Origin: an uncultured Nitrososphaeraceae archaeon
Lineage (GTDB): Archaea; Thermoproteota; Nitrososphaeria; Nitrososphaerales; Nitrososphaeraceae
Assembly: GCA_963765895.1 (NCBI GenBank)
Contig: CAVXZB010000088.1
Location: 96,001-160,000 of the forward strand
Reading direction: 5' to 3'
Length of the DNA: 64,000 nt
Shown here: positions 23,371 to 33,652 of the stretch, one piece after another
Numbering within the stretch: position 1 is the stretch's first letter
How the letters are laid out: every line of letters starts with the position of its first letter
Translations under genes and position numbers: made by a program
Notes under the pieces: model-generated
What the model was told of the DNA's origin: nothing
What the model saw: the letters and a program-made list of their open reading frames with translations, nothing else
Databases searched by the model: none

Positions 23371-24189
23371 CTAGTTGTTTGAACCATAAATTTCGCGCAA
23401 TGGCGTTACATAAGAACTGCAATCAGAATCAAGTCGTTTTTGAAACAGGTTTGTAAGCAAATGCAAGATCCTATGCGAAGCTATCATAGCATCTACTTTT
23501 TCTCTCATACTGATAGCATTAGTTTCAATTATGATATAATCAGACATCAATCTCAAGTTTACCATGAATGGTGCGGATATATTGGTTGTATTGCGGACTG
23601 GACCAGATTGAATTCCATTTTCGACACTAACCCATTGAAGTATGTATAATGATCCGTCATTTAACAGACCCGCCCATCTAAGTTTATCAAACCACTTACC
23701 AACCAAATTTTCTGCTATCTCGCTAGTCTTTATCCTTATAGGAATGTATGTCTGGAGTAGGGGAGAGTACTTTCTTTGAATGTTCGTATTGATATTTTCC
23801 TTTAAGAAGTGATGATTAGACGTCATCGATTTCCCGTCCTTGGTTAGTCTAAATCCAGATGTGGACCTTTCAATTAAACCCAAATCTTCCAGTCTATCCA
23901 AAGCTCTGGCTAGGCTCTGTTGGTGGATATTAAGGCTTCTCATTAGGCCTCTAAATGAGTAATTAGAACCAGATTCCTTGCTAAAAAAAGAAAGAATTCT
24001 ATTGTCATTCTGCCGTAGATCCCTAGTGGAGATCGTTTCGGTATCGTTAATTAATAGTTGATAGGCCCGGTTTTGATTAGAAATTGTGTTCTCGTGGGAG
24101 TGTTGAGAATCACCAATGACAACACCATCCATATTAGTGGTATTTGCAGGTCCAGTCTTCTCGTTATCTATGAATAAGTCACTCTCCAA
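23371..24189 (-). CDS. Winged helix-turn-helix domain protein
   Basis: YSFRGLMRSLNIHQQSLARALDRLEDLGLIER...FRLT wHTH pattern. Confidence 0.8.
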   Translation of the reverse strand: MESDLFIDNEKTGPANTTNMDGVVIGDSQHSHENTISNQNRAYQLLINDTETISTRDLRQNDNRILSFFSKESGSNYSFRGLMRSLNIHQQSLARALDRLEDLGLIERSTSGFRLTKDGKSMTSNHHFLKENINTNIQRKYSPLLQTYIPIRIKTSEIAENLVGKWFDKLRWAGLLNDGSLYILQWVSVENGIQSGPVRNTTNISAPFMVNLRLMSDYIIIETNAISMREKVDAMIASHRILHLLTNLFQKRLDSDCSSYVTPLREIYGSNN

Positions 24190-24604
24190 TATTGACTATT
24201 ACTAATAATGATAAATCAGGATATAAATCGTTATCAACTATCAACAATGTCTTTTCTACCTTCCTTGTCATATTATCTTATTTCCACACTAACAGATATT
24301 GACCACTATGAACGCTATCTAGTCACAGAACGCCACAACTCAGCATATCCTATGCTTTTAACCGACTCATAACTTATAGTCATATGGCCTAGAATGTTCG
24401 ATCAACAAAGGTTGATCTCCCATAAACTAATCTATGATAATCACTCAAATTACGTGATAGACTTCTCTGTAAACCTGTGGGTTTAAGGCCTAGGGATCGC
24501 TGCCAATCAAACAGCTTGTCTTTTAATATACAATCTATTTACTCTGAGATAAAATTTCATTTTTACTAGGCTAACGAAATGCATTTAACTATCTAAGTCG
24601 GATT

Positions 24605-26749
24605 TTGTTTGATTATATGTCATTAACTGAATCGCAAAATATTTTTCTCTCCCCTCGATCCATCGCGGTTATAGGTGCTTCAGAGAAACCTGGTGTTGGG
24701 AAGGCTATATTTTCAAATATTGTCAATGGATATAAAGGAAAAATCTATCCGATCACGCCTTCCAGTGATTTTATTTCTGGCCTCAAGGCATACAAAAGTG
24801 TCTTGGAAGTGCCCGACCAAATCGACCTAGCAGTGGTCGCTACTCCTAATAAAATAGTACCCAAGGTAATGGAAGAAGTAGGCAAGAAAAAGATTAAAGG
24901 AGCAATAGTAGTTTCGGCGGGGTTCAAAGAAGTTGATAAGAACGGGGCCCAATTAGAAGAAGAGATTGGTATCATTGGTAAGAATTACGGAGTAAGAATC
25001 ATCGGACCCAATTGCCTTGGAATAATGAGTCTATCACACCGAAATATGATGAATGCAACCTTCTTAAAAATAACTCCACAATATGGTAATATTGCACTTG
25101 TCTCTCAAAGTGGTGCAATTTGCGCTGCCACAGTAGAAGATGCAATAGCACAGAATATTGGTTTTTCCAAAGTAATTAGTATGGGTAATAAGGTTGATAT
25201 GGACGAAAATGATATTCTTGAACTCCTAGCATACGATAAGGAAACTAGAGTGATAGTAATGTATCTCGAAGACATCCATGATGGCCGAAGATTTATGCAA
25301 ATTACAAAGAAAGTTACAAGAGAAATGAAGAAGCCTATCATAATATTAAAATCAGGAAGAACACCCGAGGGAGCAAAAGCTGCGATGTCACACACAGGTG
25401 CGCTAATGGGAAGCGATGAGACTTTTGACGCCCTATTCATGCAATGCGGAATCGTCAGGGTAGATACAATGCAAGAATTATTCGAGCTTGCTACTGTATT
25501 TTCAAAACAACCCGTGCCTAAGTCTAATTCTGGAATTGCAATCGTGTCTAATGCAGGCGGCCCAGCCATTATTTCGACTGATGCCTGCTCTAAATATGGC
25601 CTAAAAATGGCCGATTTATCTGGATCAAGGGATACAATAAACAAGATAATACCACCTCATGGTTCATCAAGGAATCCAGTAGATATAGTCGGAGATGCAG
25701 ATTCTGGTCGATTTGAAAAGGTCATTCTTGAAGTATTGTCCAATAATAATGTTGGATCTGTAGTTACTATGTGCACCCCTTCGGCAACATTGAATTATGA
25801 CGATCTCGCTAGAACAATAGTAAAGACATCTAGAACAAATGGAACAGGCAAGACCATGGTTGCTGCACTTATGGGATTAGCTGAGGGGCTTGGAAATAAA
25901 CAAATATTATCTGATGGTGATATTCCGCATTTTATGTACGCCGAGCCAGCTATTAGAACTCTCAATGCTATGTATGCTTTTAGAGAATGGATTGAAAGAT
26001 CGTCTGATGAACCGAAACAATTCAACGTCGACAAATCCAAAGTTAGACAAGTGTTTGACGAAGTCAGGGCCCAGTCTAGGACTACTTTGTTAGAGGAAGA
26101 GGGATATAAAGTCCTTGAAGCCTATGGATTTTCCATACCGAAAAAACACCTGGCACAAAATGAAGAAGAATGCACAAGAGCGGTTCAAGAGATTGGCTAT
26201 CCGGTAGTAATGAAGATAGCTTCTCCAGAAATCATTCATAAATCCGATGCGGGTGGAGTTAAAATTGGTCTAAAAAATGAAGATGAGGTAAGACAAGCAT
26301 TCAGGACAATCATTAGTAATGCCAAAAAATACAAGCAAGACGCGAAGATTGATGGCATACTTGTACAAGAAATGATAAAATCGGGTAAGGAGACAATCTT
26401 GGGTGCTAAATTTGATCCAATCCTGGGTCCGCTAATTATGTTTGGGCTTGGCGGAATTTATGTTGAGGTTCTAAAGGACGTAGTCTTTAGACTTGCTCCT
26501 CTAGATGAAAGAGAAGCTACAAGAATGATTGAATCAGTAAAGACTATTAATTTGCTCAAAGGTGTTAGGGGAGAAAAACCACATGATCTTGGTGCCATAA
26601 GGGAATCCCTACAACGGCTATCTCAACTAATTACAGATTTTCAAGAAATTGAAGAACTCGATGTGAATCCATTACTAGTATTAGAAGACGGTAAAGGAGT
26701 ACGTGCTATAGATATCAGAATAAGCCTAAAAAAAAATAGTAATGGGTAG
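24605..26749 (+). CDS. ADP-forming acyl-CoA synthetase, most likely 4-hydroxybutyrate-CoA ligase of the thaumarchaeal HP/HB carbon-fixation cycle
   Basis: SIAVIGAS, GPNCLG, SQSGAICAA.VEDA, AAMSHTGALMGSD (phospho-His), SNAGGPAIISTD, C-terminal ATP-grasp (HKSDAGGV); closely resembles N. maritimus Nmar_0206 as recalled. Confidence 0.88.
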   Translation: MFDYMSLTESQNIFLSPRSIAVIGASEKPGVGKAIFSNIVNGYKGKIYPITPSSDFISGLKAYKSVLEVPDQIDLAVVATPNKIVPKVMEEVGKKKIKGAIVVSAGFKEVDKNGAQLEEEIGIIGKNYGVRIIGPNCLGIMSLSHRNMMNATFLKITPQYGNIALVSQSGAICAATVEDAIAQNIGFSKVISMGNKVDMDENDILELLAYDKETRVIVMYLEDIHDGRRFMQITKKVTREMKKPIIILKSGRTPEGAKAAMSHTGALMGSDETFDALFMQCGIVRVDTMQELFELATVFSKQPVPKSNSGIAIVSNAGGPAIISTDACSKYGLKMADLSGSRDTINKIIPPHGSSRNPVDIVGDADSGRFEKVILEVLSNNNVGSVVTMCTPSATLNYDDLARTIVKTSRTNGTGKTMVAALMGLAEGLGNKQILSDGDIPHFMYAEPAIRTLNAMYAFREWIERSSDEPKQFNVDKSKVRQVFDEVRAQSRTTLLEEEGYKVLEAYGFSIPKKHLAQNEEECTRAVQEIGYPVVMKIASPEIIHKSDAGGVKIGLKNEDEVRQAFRTIISNAKKYKQDAKIDGILVQEMIKSGKETILGAKFDPILGPLIMFGLGGIYVEVLKDVVFRLAPLDEREATRMIESVKTINLLKGVRGEKPHDLGAIRESLQRLSQLITDFQEIEELDVNPLLVLEDGKGVRAIDIRISLKKNSNG

Positions 26750-27146
26750 TATCGAAAGATTAAGTTACTTCAATTTCATTATCCTTGTTTTAATCACAGC
26801 ATATTCGGCTGCTCCATGATTTTATATAATATGTCTTTTCATTGCATCTTATTTTCGATGTCACTATCGCACTCGAATGTGCTAGGTATAGTGCTTTTAG
26901 CTTGACTACTCTCCATAATCTTAAATTAGGATATACAGTGCTCGCTTGATTGTATTCATCTTATCAGGCAGCAGAAAAAGTATCTTTTCATTACACGAAT
27001 TGAATGATAGGGCATCCATAATATATCTAAATCCACTTAAGCCGTTACTGAATTCGGAGTTCTGACAAGTAACTCAATTTGGCTGATAGAATACAAGAAA
27101 AAGTACAGACAAAAGGAATGGGTAAAACGTATTGGCTGTTACCTGA

Positions 27147-28855
27147 TTAATCCATATCCATACCGCCCATACCGCCCATACCGCCCATACCGCCCATACC
27201 GCCCATACCGCCCATACCGCCACCTGGAGGTCCAGCGGGCATCTTGGATTTGCTTGCAGCGATTACGTCATCAATTCTGAGGATCATACAAGCCGCTTCC
27301 GTAGCAGACTTCACGATCTGTTCCTTTATAGCTAGTGGCTCTAGAACATTTTGTTTAAACATATCAGTAACAGTAGTAGTTCTTACATTTACACCGGTCC
27401 ATTTTGCACCCTTGTTTTGCTTAGCTTTTACTTCAGCCATCGTATCAATTGGATCCATGCCTGCGTTCTCTGCTAGAGCAAGTGGGATTGCATCAAGAGC
27501 ATCAGCATACTTTTGTACCGCTAGCTGAGCACGCCCTTCCATATTACTTGCCCACTGTCTCAATTCGTTACTAACATATACTTCAGGAGCTCCACCCCCT
27601 GCGACGATCACAGGCTTCTCAAGAACATCTTTCATTACATACAGAGCATCATGTACAGACCGATCCGCTTCGTCTACTACCCTCTGGGAGCCGCCCCGTA
27701 CAAGTATAGTAACTGCCTTGGGATTTTTGCAACCTTCTATAAATACCCATTTATCAGTTTCGACCTTGCGTTCTTCTACGAGATCGGCTGATCCAAGATC
27801 CCTGTCTACTAGATCGTCAATATTGTTAACGATCCTGGCACCGGTAGCCTTCGCTAGCTTGAACATATCACTTTCCTTTATACGTCTGGCTGCAAGAATA
27901 CCGTTCTTCGCTAGATAATGCTGCGCTATATCGTCGATTCCTTTCTGACACAAGACTACATTTGCGCCTGCTCCTGCTATCTTATCGACCATTGCTTTTA
28001 GCATTTTGTTCTCTTCTTCTAGAAACATTTGCATTTGCTCGGCTCACTTATGCGTATCTCAGCACTCATTTCAGTTTTCTCAATTTCAAGGGGAGAATTG
28101 AGTAAGGCAATCTTGGCTCTTTCAACTCTCTTTGGCATGCTTGTATGAACGACTTCCTTGTCAAGTACAATGCCCCTTATTAGCTGAGTATCATGCATAG
28201 ATCCTCCAGCCTTTTTTTCGACTTTGATATTATCCAAATCTACCTTAAATCCATCCTTGTCGTCAATCTTTTCAGCAATTTGTTTTGTAGCATTGACAAC
28301 AATCTCACTTAGAACTGGGCTATCTTCTGATACCAATTTAGAGTCCATGCTAGTTCTTGCAATCTTTATCAATAGCTCCTTGTCGTTTGTATCAACTTTA
28401 ACTCCAATCTTTTGTAGTAATTTCAATGCCTGATCAGCGGCCGAGTTATACCCATCTACAATCACGGATGGATGAACATCTTGGGCTGTCAATTCCTCGG
28501 CTTTTTCTAACAGAGCGGCTGCAAAAACTACGGAAGATGTTGTTCCATCTCCGACTTCATTATCTACAGACTTGGCGACTTCTACCATCATTTTGCCGGC
28601 TGGATGCTGGACATCAATTTCTTTCAGAATGGTTGCACCATCATTCGTAATAGTTACATCTCCCAATGAATCAACAAGCATCTTATCCATACCTCTTGGA
28701 CCTAAACTAGTCTTTACAATATCTCCGATGATTTTAGCTGCGGTGATATTATTCTTTTGTGCGTCCCTTCCCTTATTTTCCCTAGTACCCTCTTTTAGGA
28801 TAATTACTGGCATTCCACCAGCTGTAGTTTGAACTGCTGACACTCTCATTTTCAC
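27147..28855 (-). CDS. ths: Thermosome (group II chaperonin) subunit; frameshift near 28041
   Basis: [24 protein letters not shown] and GGGAPE motifs, GGM tail; split over two overlapping ORFs. Confidence 0.95.
27159..27221 (-). repeat. Perfect 9-bp tandem repeat x7 encoding the (GGM)7 chaperonin tail
   Basis: (CATACCGCC)7 on the plus strand. Confidence 0.97.
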
Positions 28856-28878
28856 CTAATAGAATAATACAGGAGTTA

Positions 28879-29319
28879 TCAAGCCTCTTTTATAGTTTTA
28901 CCAAATGATCGTAGCATCATTTTGGATTTTTTTGAATCAAATTTGGATTTAAACTTAGGTATATTGATTATGAACCTTTGATGTTTTCCTGATCCTATCT
29001 TTTCCAGATCATCAGATGCCTCGACATCAAACGTGATCCGTCTACCATCTACTGAATATATCTTAGACCTGATCAGAACTTCGAAACCTATTGGTGTAGC
29101 TGCTAAATGTACAACGTTTACAAGAGTCCCGACTGAATCCCATTCCGCATTATTTAGGAATTGCTCCTTTAATAGGAGCCTACAAGTTTCTTCCATTTCT
29201 GCAATCATAGAAGGTGTAGACAAGACATTTTCTCCGTCCCAAAGAAACGATGTAGTTTGGTTTGAATTTGTTCTAACTCTCCTTTCCAGCCAAGCCCCAA
29301 CCTTGACTTCTTGAATCAT
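28879..29319 (-). CDS. Hotdog-fold thioesterase, FlK (fluoroacetyl-CoA thioesterase)-like
   Basis: VLSTPSMIAEME, SVGT.VNV.HLAATP and IGSGKHQRFII; Thr/Glu/His triad present. Confidence 0.88.
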   Translation of the reverse strand: MIQEVKVGAWLERRVRTNSNQTTSFLWDGENVLSTPSMIAEMEETCRLLLKEQFLNNAEWDSVGTLVNVVHLAATPIGFEVLIRSKIYSVDGRRITFDVEASDDLEKIGSGKHQRFIINIPKFKSKFDSKKSKMMLRSFGKTIKEA

Positions 29320-29582
29320 CTTTTTATTTAGAACAAACTCAGTCTTAGACTTTGCGACTACGGATTTAATCCGCCAAAATTGTGAGTATAAACACTAAGA
29401 TATCACCAGTTCAATACTAAATCTAGATAATTTAATTTGCATTTATTAGGTAATTCATTTAGGAATATAGAAATTAATTAGATAATCTGCAATATTATCT
29501 AATCATAAACCCTCATTATTATAAGATCTCCGTACCAAAATATAATGCCAAAGTGAAAAAGAAAAAATTTTGGGAATTCACT

Positions 29583-29717
29583 TTACTTGGCCCGCCGTGC
29601 AGCAGATGCAATAACATAGGCGAGACCCACAGCCAGTCCGAAGGTCAATGGAATCCATACACCAAAGCTATCAACACTGAAAGGCACTATTTGCTGTAAC
29701 ATACTTTCGAATACCAT
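29583..29717 (-). CDS. Small (44 aa) single-pass membrane protein, not in the ORF track
   Basis: MVFESMLQQIVPFSVDSFGVWIPLTFGLAVGLAYVIASAARRAK; GC-richer than its flanks; TM helix followed by a basic tail. Confidence 0.65.
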   Translation of the reverse strand: MVFESMLQQIVPFSVDSFGVWIPLTFGLAVGLAYVIASAARRAK

Positions 29718-29911
29718 TATTCATGAAATAGAGCATTTAGTATATTAGATTTACTCAAAGGCCTGAGATTAGTACTACGGTGATTAATCTGCAGATACTT
29801 TATTTCTTTTCTAAAACACTTGGAAATTGCAATGAGTTGTGTCGGCAATAAATTTTACTTCAAGTGTCAGCGACGTTGTCCTTAAATTACGGCTAATCAG
29901 ACAGTATATAT

Positions 29912-30191
29912 ATGAAAATGAAAAAGGAGTTAAATAAATTTTGTCCTAAATGTAAGAAATTTACAGTTCAAGCTGTTGCAATTTATAAAAAGGGTAAAGA
30001 TAGAAAAATGGCAGAAGGTGCGCGAAGACATGCAGAAGATAAAAAGGGTTATGGTGGACAAAAATTTCCAGAACTAAAACTGTACTGCGAAGACATCAAA
30101 GAAAATTACATTGCGTTATACTTGTAAGAGCTGTCAAAGAAAAACAATGAAGAATGGCATGAGAATACGCAAGTTGGAAATCCTTTCATAG
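29912..30191 (+). CDS. rpl44e: 50S ribosomal protein L44e; frameshift near 30081
   Basis: FCPKCKKFT and KKGYGGQKFP; after one extra base TAKTSKKITLRYTCKSC...IRKLEILS*. Confidence 0.95.
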
Positions 30192-30203
30192 GTGTAATGA
30201 AAT

Positions 30204-30401
30204 ATGCGTAGGAATAATATCATGGTTCCAAAACCACATAGCAATTTTCTCTCAGTTCAGTGTTCAAACTGCGAAGAAAAGGTGGTTATTTTTAACTATA
30301 GTACAACGGATATTGAATGCAAGGCCTGTGGTCAATTAGTTGCAAAAAAAACTGGCGGCAAAGCCAAGATTATGGGAAAAGTTTTGTCAGTGCTTGATTA
30401 G
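30204..30401 (+). CDS. rps27e: 30S ribosomal protein S27e
   Basis: PKPHSNFLSVQCSNC...CKACG...TGGKAKI; canonical position after rpl44e. Confidence 0.96.
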   Translation: MRRNNIMVPKPHSNFLSVQCSNCEEKVVIFNYSTTDIECKACGQLVAKKTGGKAKIMGKVLSVLD

Positions 30402-31024
30402 TCCTTATGACATAACGACTCTGCAAGTTCAAGATCTTTCATTGTATTTACATTAACCGCAATTTCTTTTTTATCCATTAGTACATAGGATTCCGACAAT
30501 CTTTGGTTCATATCTTTGACTCCTAGAGAATCAATAATTGTGATTCCAGAATGACAATAGTATATGTTATCTTTACATATTATTACACTTGGCTTGATAC
30601 CTATGTTTTCTACAAACCTCTTTCGTAAAATCACGGAAATGCACGGGGCATCCCAAGCGCAGTTGTCAATTATTTTCTTTATTATTTTTGCGTTGATAAA
30701 TGGAAGATCTGCCCCTAAGAGGAATAATTTGGAAGGCTTAAAATACTCGACAAGTTGCATCAAATCAAGCGAATAACCCAAACCGAGCGATTCAATAACC
30801 TCTATCTTATCAAAATTACGATAAATATTACGTACAAATTTGCTTGTCATGGGGGTGTTGCGACTGGGCACTATCACTACTTTATCAAATATCGTGCAGG
30901 ACGCCAAAGCGCTTACGACATACTCTATCAAGGTCTTCTCTCGTATCATCTGTAGAGGTTTCTCAATCACTGTAGAATCTACCATACGAGAACCTTTTCC
31001 TCCACACATTACCACCGCAATCAT
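30398..31024 (-). CDS. cobY: Adenosylcobinamide-phosphate guanylyltransferase (archaeal CobY)
   Basis: MCGGKGSRM..EKPL, ADLP and NVNT..DL motifs; lies within the cob operon. Confidence 0.88.
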   Translation of the reverse strand: MIAVVMCGGKGSRMVDSTVIEKPLQMIREKTLIEYVVSALASCTIFDKVVIVPSRNTPMTSKFVRNIYRNFDKIEVIESLGLGYSLDLMQLVEYFKPSKLFLLGADLPFINAKIIKKIIDNCAWDAPCISVILRKRFVENIGIKPSVIICKDNIYYCHSGITIIDSLGVKDMNQRLSESYVLMDKKEIAVNVNTMKDLELAESLCHKD

Positions 31025-31038
31025 ACTGACCTACTCCA

Positions 31039-31798
31039 CTAGATTGTTGCGATGCATGACAGGACAATTAGAGATGAAAGTCTAACAAGCTCGTTTGAAG
31101 CACCAAGAACGTCGCCGGATATTCCTCCGAAGCTTCTATTAGATTGGTATCCAATAATGGCAGCAATAACAACAGATATGCCTAGAGCTGCAAGGCTCCA
31201 ATACCCCCCAAATAAAAATATTATTGTAAGAGTCATAAATGTGGCAAGCAGAAATTTTCTCTTGTTCTTCATTGCACGTGTAAATGGCGAACTAAACCCG
31301 TCCCACGCAGACGATCCACAGTATGCGTGCAAGACCATTGTATATTTAGCAAGTACCTCTGCTACAACAATGCTAGTGAACAGTCGTATTGAATGATACA
31401 GGCTAGATAGCGTAATCACCATTCCCAGAATATACAAAATTAATGCAATAGCACCTGCAGAGCCGATTGCAGGATCGCGCATTGCCCTTTGTTTAACTTC
31501 AATCGGGCCCTTTGGCCAACCCATCAGCAAAATCGGCAAGTGCATCGGTATGGCTAGCGCCAGTTATAATAATAATACAAGTGCTTATTATTAGGCCTAC
31601 GAGCTGAGATTGAAGATAAAAAGAAATTTCGTATGCCAGACATCCGATGACTATACCAATAACTGCACCCACTAATGGGAATAGATACATATTACTTGCG
31701 ATGTAGTTCAAATCCAACATTTTTGTAGCCTCAGCTTTATGGTAAGAAGGAATAACAGTTAGGAAAGAAATTACAGCTCGCAAGGAGTTAAGGACCAA
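31039..31798 (-). CDS. cobS: Adenosylcobinamide-GDP ribazoletransferase (cobalamin synthase); frameshift near 31507
   Basis: SFLTVIP, FPLVG, TGASH.DALADFADG, AMRDP..GSAG and FGGISGDVLGA..E. Confidence 0.92.
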
Positions 31799-32795
31799 AT
31801 AACAAATTCCACCATCCAAGAGTAAAGAGTACACTTATTAACGGAATAAAAATGAGAAAACAAGATAGGATCGCCGTTAATTTCATTATTGTAATTGCAC
31901 ATTTACACTTCTCGATCGATAGAGGATCATAAGGTTCACCCACAGAGTAGTGGCCGATCTTTTCAAGTTTTACGCGTAAGGAGCCAGCCATAGTAGAAAT
32001 TGGATAGCCTGCGTTAAGACTCGATGTTTTATTATGATCCTTTATCATCGTTCTTATCGAATTCTTCCAATCTGCTGAAATTATTAAGGCTGAGATTACA
32101 ATTAACACCCCAGTTATTCTCGACGGAATAAAGTTAGCAATTGTATCCAGTTTTGCAGACATCCATCCGATATTCTCATAATATTTGTCTTTATAACCAA
32201 TCATCGAATCTAGTGTATTAATTATTCTAAAAATAAAAGACCCTGTAGGTCCAAAAATGGAGTAAAAGAACATAGGTGAAACGACACCATCTACTGTACT
32301 CTCGCTGATGCACTCGATTGTTCCTGAGAGTATTTGCTCCTCATCCAAATTTTCGGTTTCTCTTCGCACAATCATGGAAAGAAAGAATCTCGCATTATCC
32401 AAGTCTCTCCGTTCTAATGCCTTGATTATTCTGATACTATGCACTTCCATTCCCTTTATTGCAATGGTAATGTTTAAGATTATTGCATAAACAGCTATTA
32501 CAAGAATAGATCCAAACAAATTTGAATATATATACAACCATAGTTGTAGAGTAAAACCAAATATTCCTAATAAACAGAACACGAAAATTGTTCCCTTTAC
32601 TTTCTCATTCATCAAATGCCGAGTAACCTTAACACCATGATGATCACTGCCAGTTTTGACCTTCAGTCTGGGAATGAATAAATCTAAGAAATTTCCTAAC
32701 CATCTTACTGGATGGTATTTGTTTTTCGGATCACCTAATAACAAATCTAGTACAATCGCCAATATTAATGCGGCAACTAGTCTTTCTTCTATCAT
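31788..32795 (-). CDS. cbiB: Adenosylcobinamide-phosphate synthase CbiB
   Basis: LGDP...HPV.W.G, IV.RET, E...ESTVDG, NTLDSMIGYK and NAGYP motifs. Confidence 0.94.
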   Translation of the reverse strand: MIEERLVAALILAIVLDLLLGDPKNKYHPVRWLGNFLDLFIPRLKVKTGSDHHGVKVTRHLMNEKVKGTIFVFCLLGIFGFTLQLWLYIYSNLFGSILVIAVYAIILNITIAIKGMEVHSIRIIKALERRDLDNARFFLSMIVRRETENLDEEQILSGTIECISESTVDGVVSPMFFYSIFGPTGSFIFRIINTLDSMIGYKDKYYENIGWMSAKLDTIANFIPSRITGVLIVISALIISADWKNSIRTMIKDHNKTSSLNAGYPISTMAGSLRVKLEKIGHYSVGEPYDPLSIEKCKCAITIMKLTAILSCFLIFIPLISVLFTLGWWNLLFGP

Positions 32796-33652
32796 AGCAT
32801 ATTTGGTCTTATAATGTCTCTAATTACCAGTGGAATGTTAATTGTACCCCGAACTACGTCTGCTATAGAATCTATGTTTTTGTCCAAAGATTCTACTGAA
32901 ATGGTATCAAGATTACATTTACTTCCATCTAGTGAATCTTCATCAGGGATTTTCAAATCAATCTTAGGAATAACTCCTAATATTTCCGTGTTTAGCATTT
33001 CTCTAACTATTTCTATGGCTGGAAGCAGAAGTGCAGCGTCCCCCCTGAACTTGTTTATAATAAATCCCTTAACGAGGTTTTTGTGATGGCGAGGTAGCAA
33101 CCTCATTGTACCTACGATGCTTGAAAAGCAACCTCCCCTTTCTATATCTGCAACAATCATTACAGGAGCCGAAACCTTTTCCGCAAGTAGCATATTTGCT
33201 ATGTCATATTTTGAAATATTGATCTCGGCAGGAGATCCTGCACCTTCTATGACTACAATATCATTTTCGTTTCTTAAGCTTTCCAAGGAATTCAGAACAA
33301 GCGGAAAACCATTTTGCATTACAAAATTTTCGTAGTAATCTTTCGAACTTATCGTTGAATTGAACCGGCCTGCCAAAATGAGATCACTCTTATAATCTCC
33401 TAGTGGTTTCAATAGTATAGGATTCATTCTTGAATCTGGCAATTTTCTTGATGCCAGTGCCTGTACTGCTTGTGCCTGTGCTACAACATTAGCAGTTCCA
33501 GGTATGATATGAAGCTTGGAAGACATATTTTGTGCTTTGAATGGAGCTACATTATATCCTTCATCTGAGAGAATCCTGCAAATCGCAGTTGTAATAATGC
33601 TTTTTCCCGAACCAGAGGTAGTTCCTTGTATCATCAGCAATTTTGCCTTCAT
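32792..33652 (-). CDS. cobQ: Cobyric acid synthase CobQ/CbiP (synthetase domain only)
   Basis: MIQGTTSGSGKS, PFKAQNMS, MNPILLKP, EGAGSPAEIN, INKFRGD, PDEDSL. Confidence 0.92.
   Translation of the reverse strand: MKAKLLMIQGTTSGSGKSIITTAICRILSDEGYNVAPFKAQNMSSKLHIIPGTANVVAQAQAVQALASRKLPDSRMNPILLKPLGDYKSDLILAGRFNSTISSKDYYENFVMQNGFPLVLNSLESLRNENDIVVIEGAGSPAEINISKYDIANMLLAEKVSAPVMIVADIERGGCFSSIVGTMRLLPRHHKNLVKGFIINKFRGDAALLLPAIEIVREMLNTEILGVIPKIDLKIPDEDSLDGSKCNLDTISVESLDKNIDSIADVVRGTINIPLVIRDIIRPNML

Noticed and set aside
25105-26093. Long antisense ORFs over core genes (also 34028-34570, 42093-42611 and many others)
   Set aside because: Antisense shadows of well-supported genes, with no motifs.
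27159-27221. Perfect 9-bp x7 repeat
   Set aside because: It is the ordinary GGM chaperonin tail.
28019-28050. Programmed frameshift or split thermosome (and likewise rpl44e)
   Set aside because: No slippery heptamer or stimulatory structure; consistent with window-wide indel errors.
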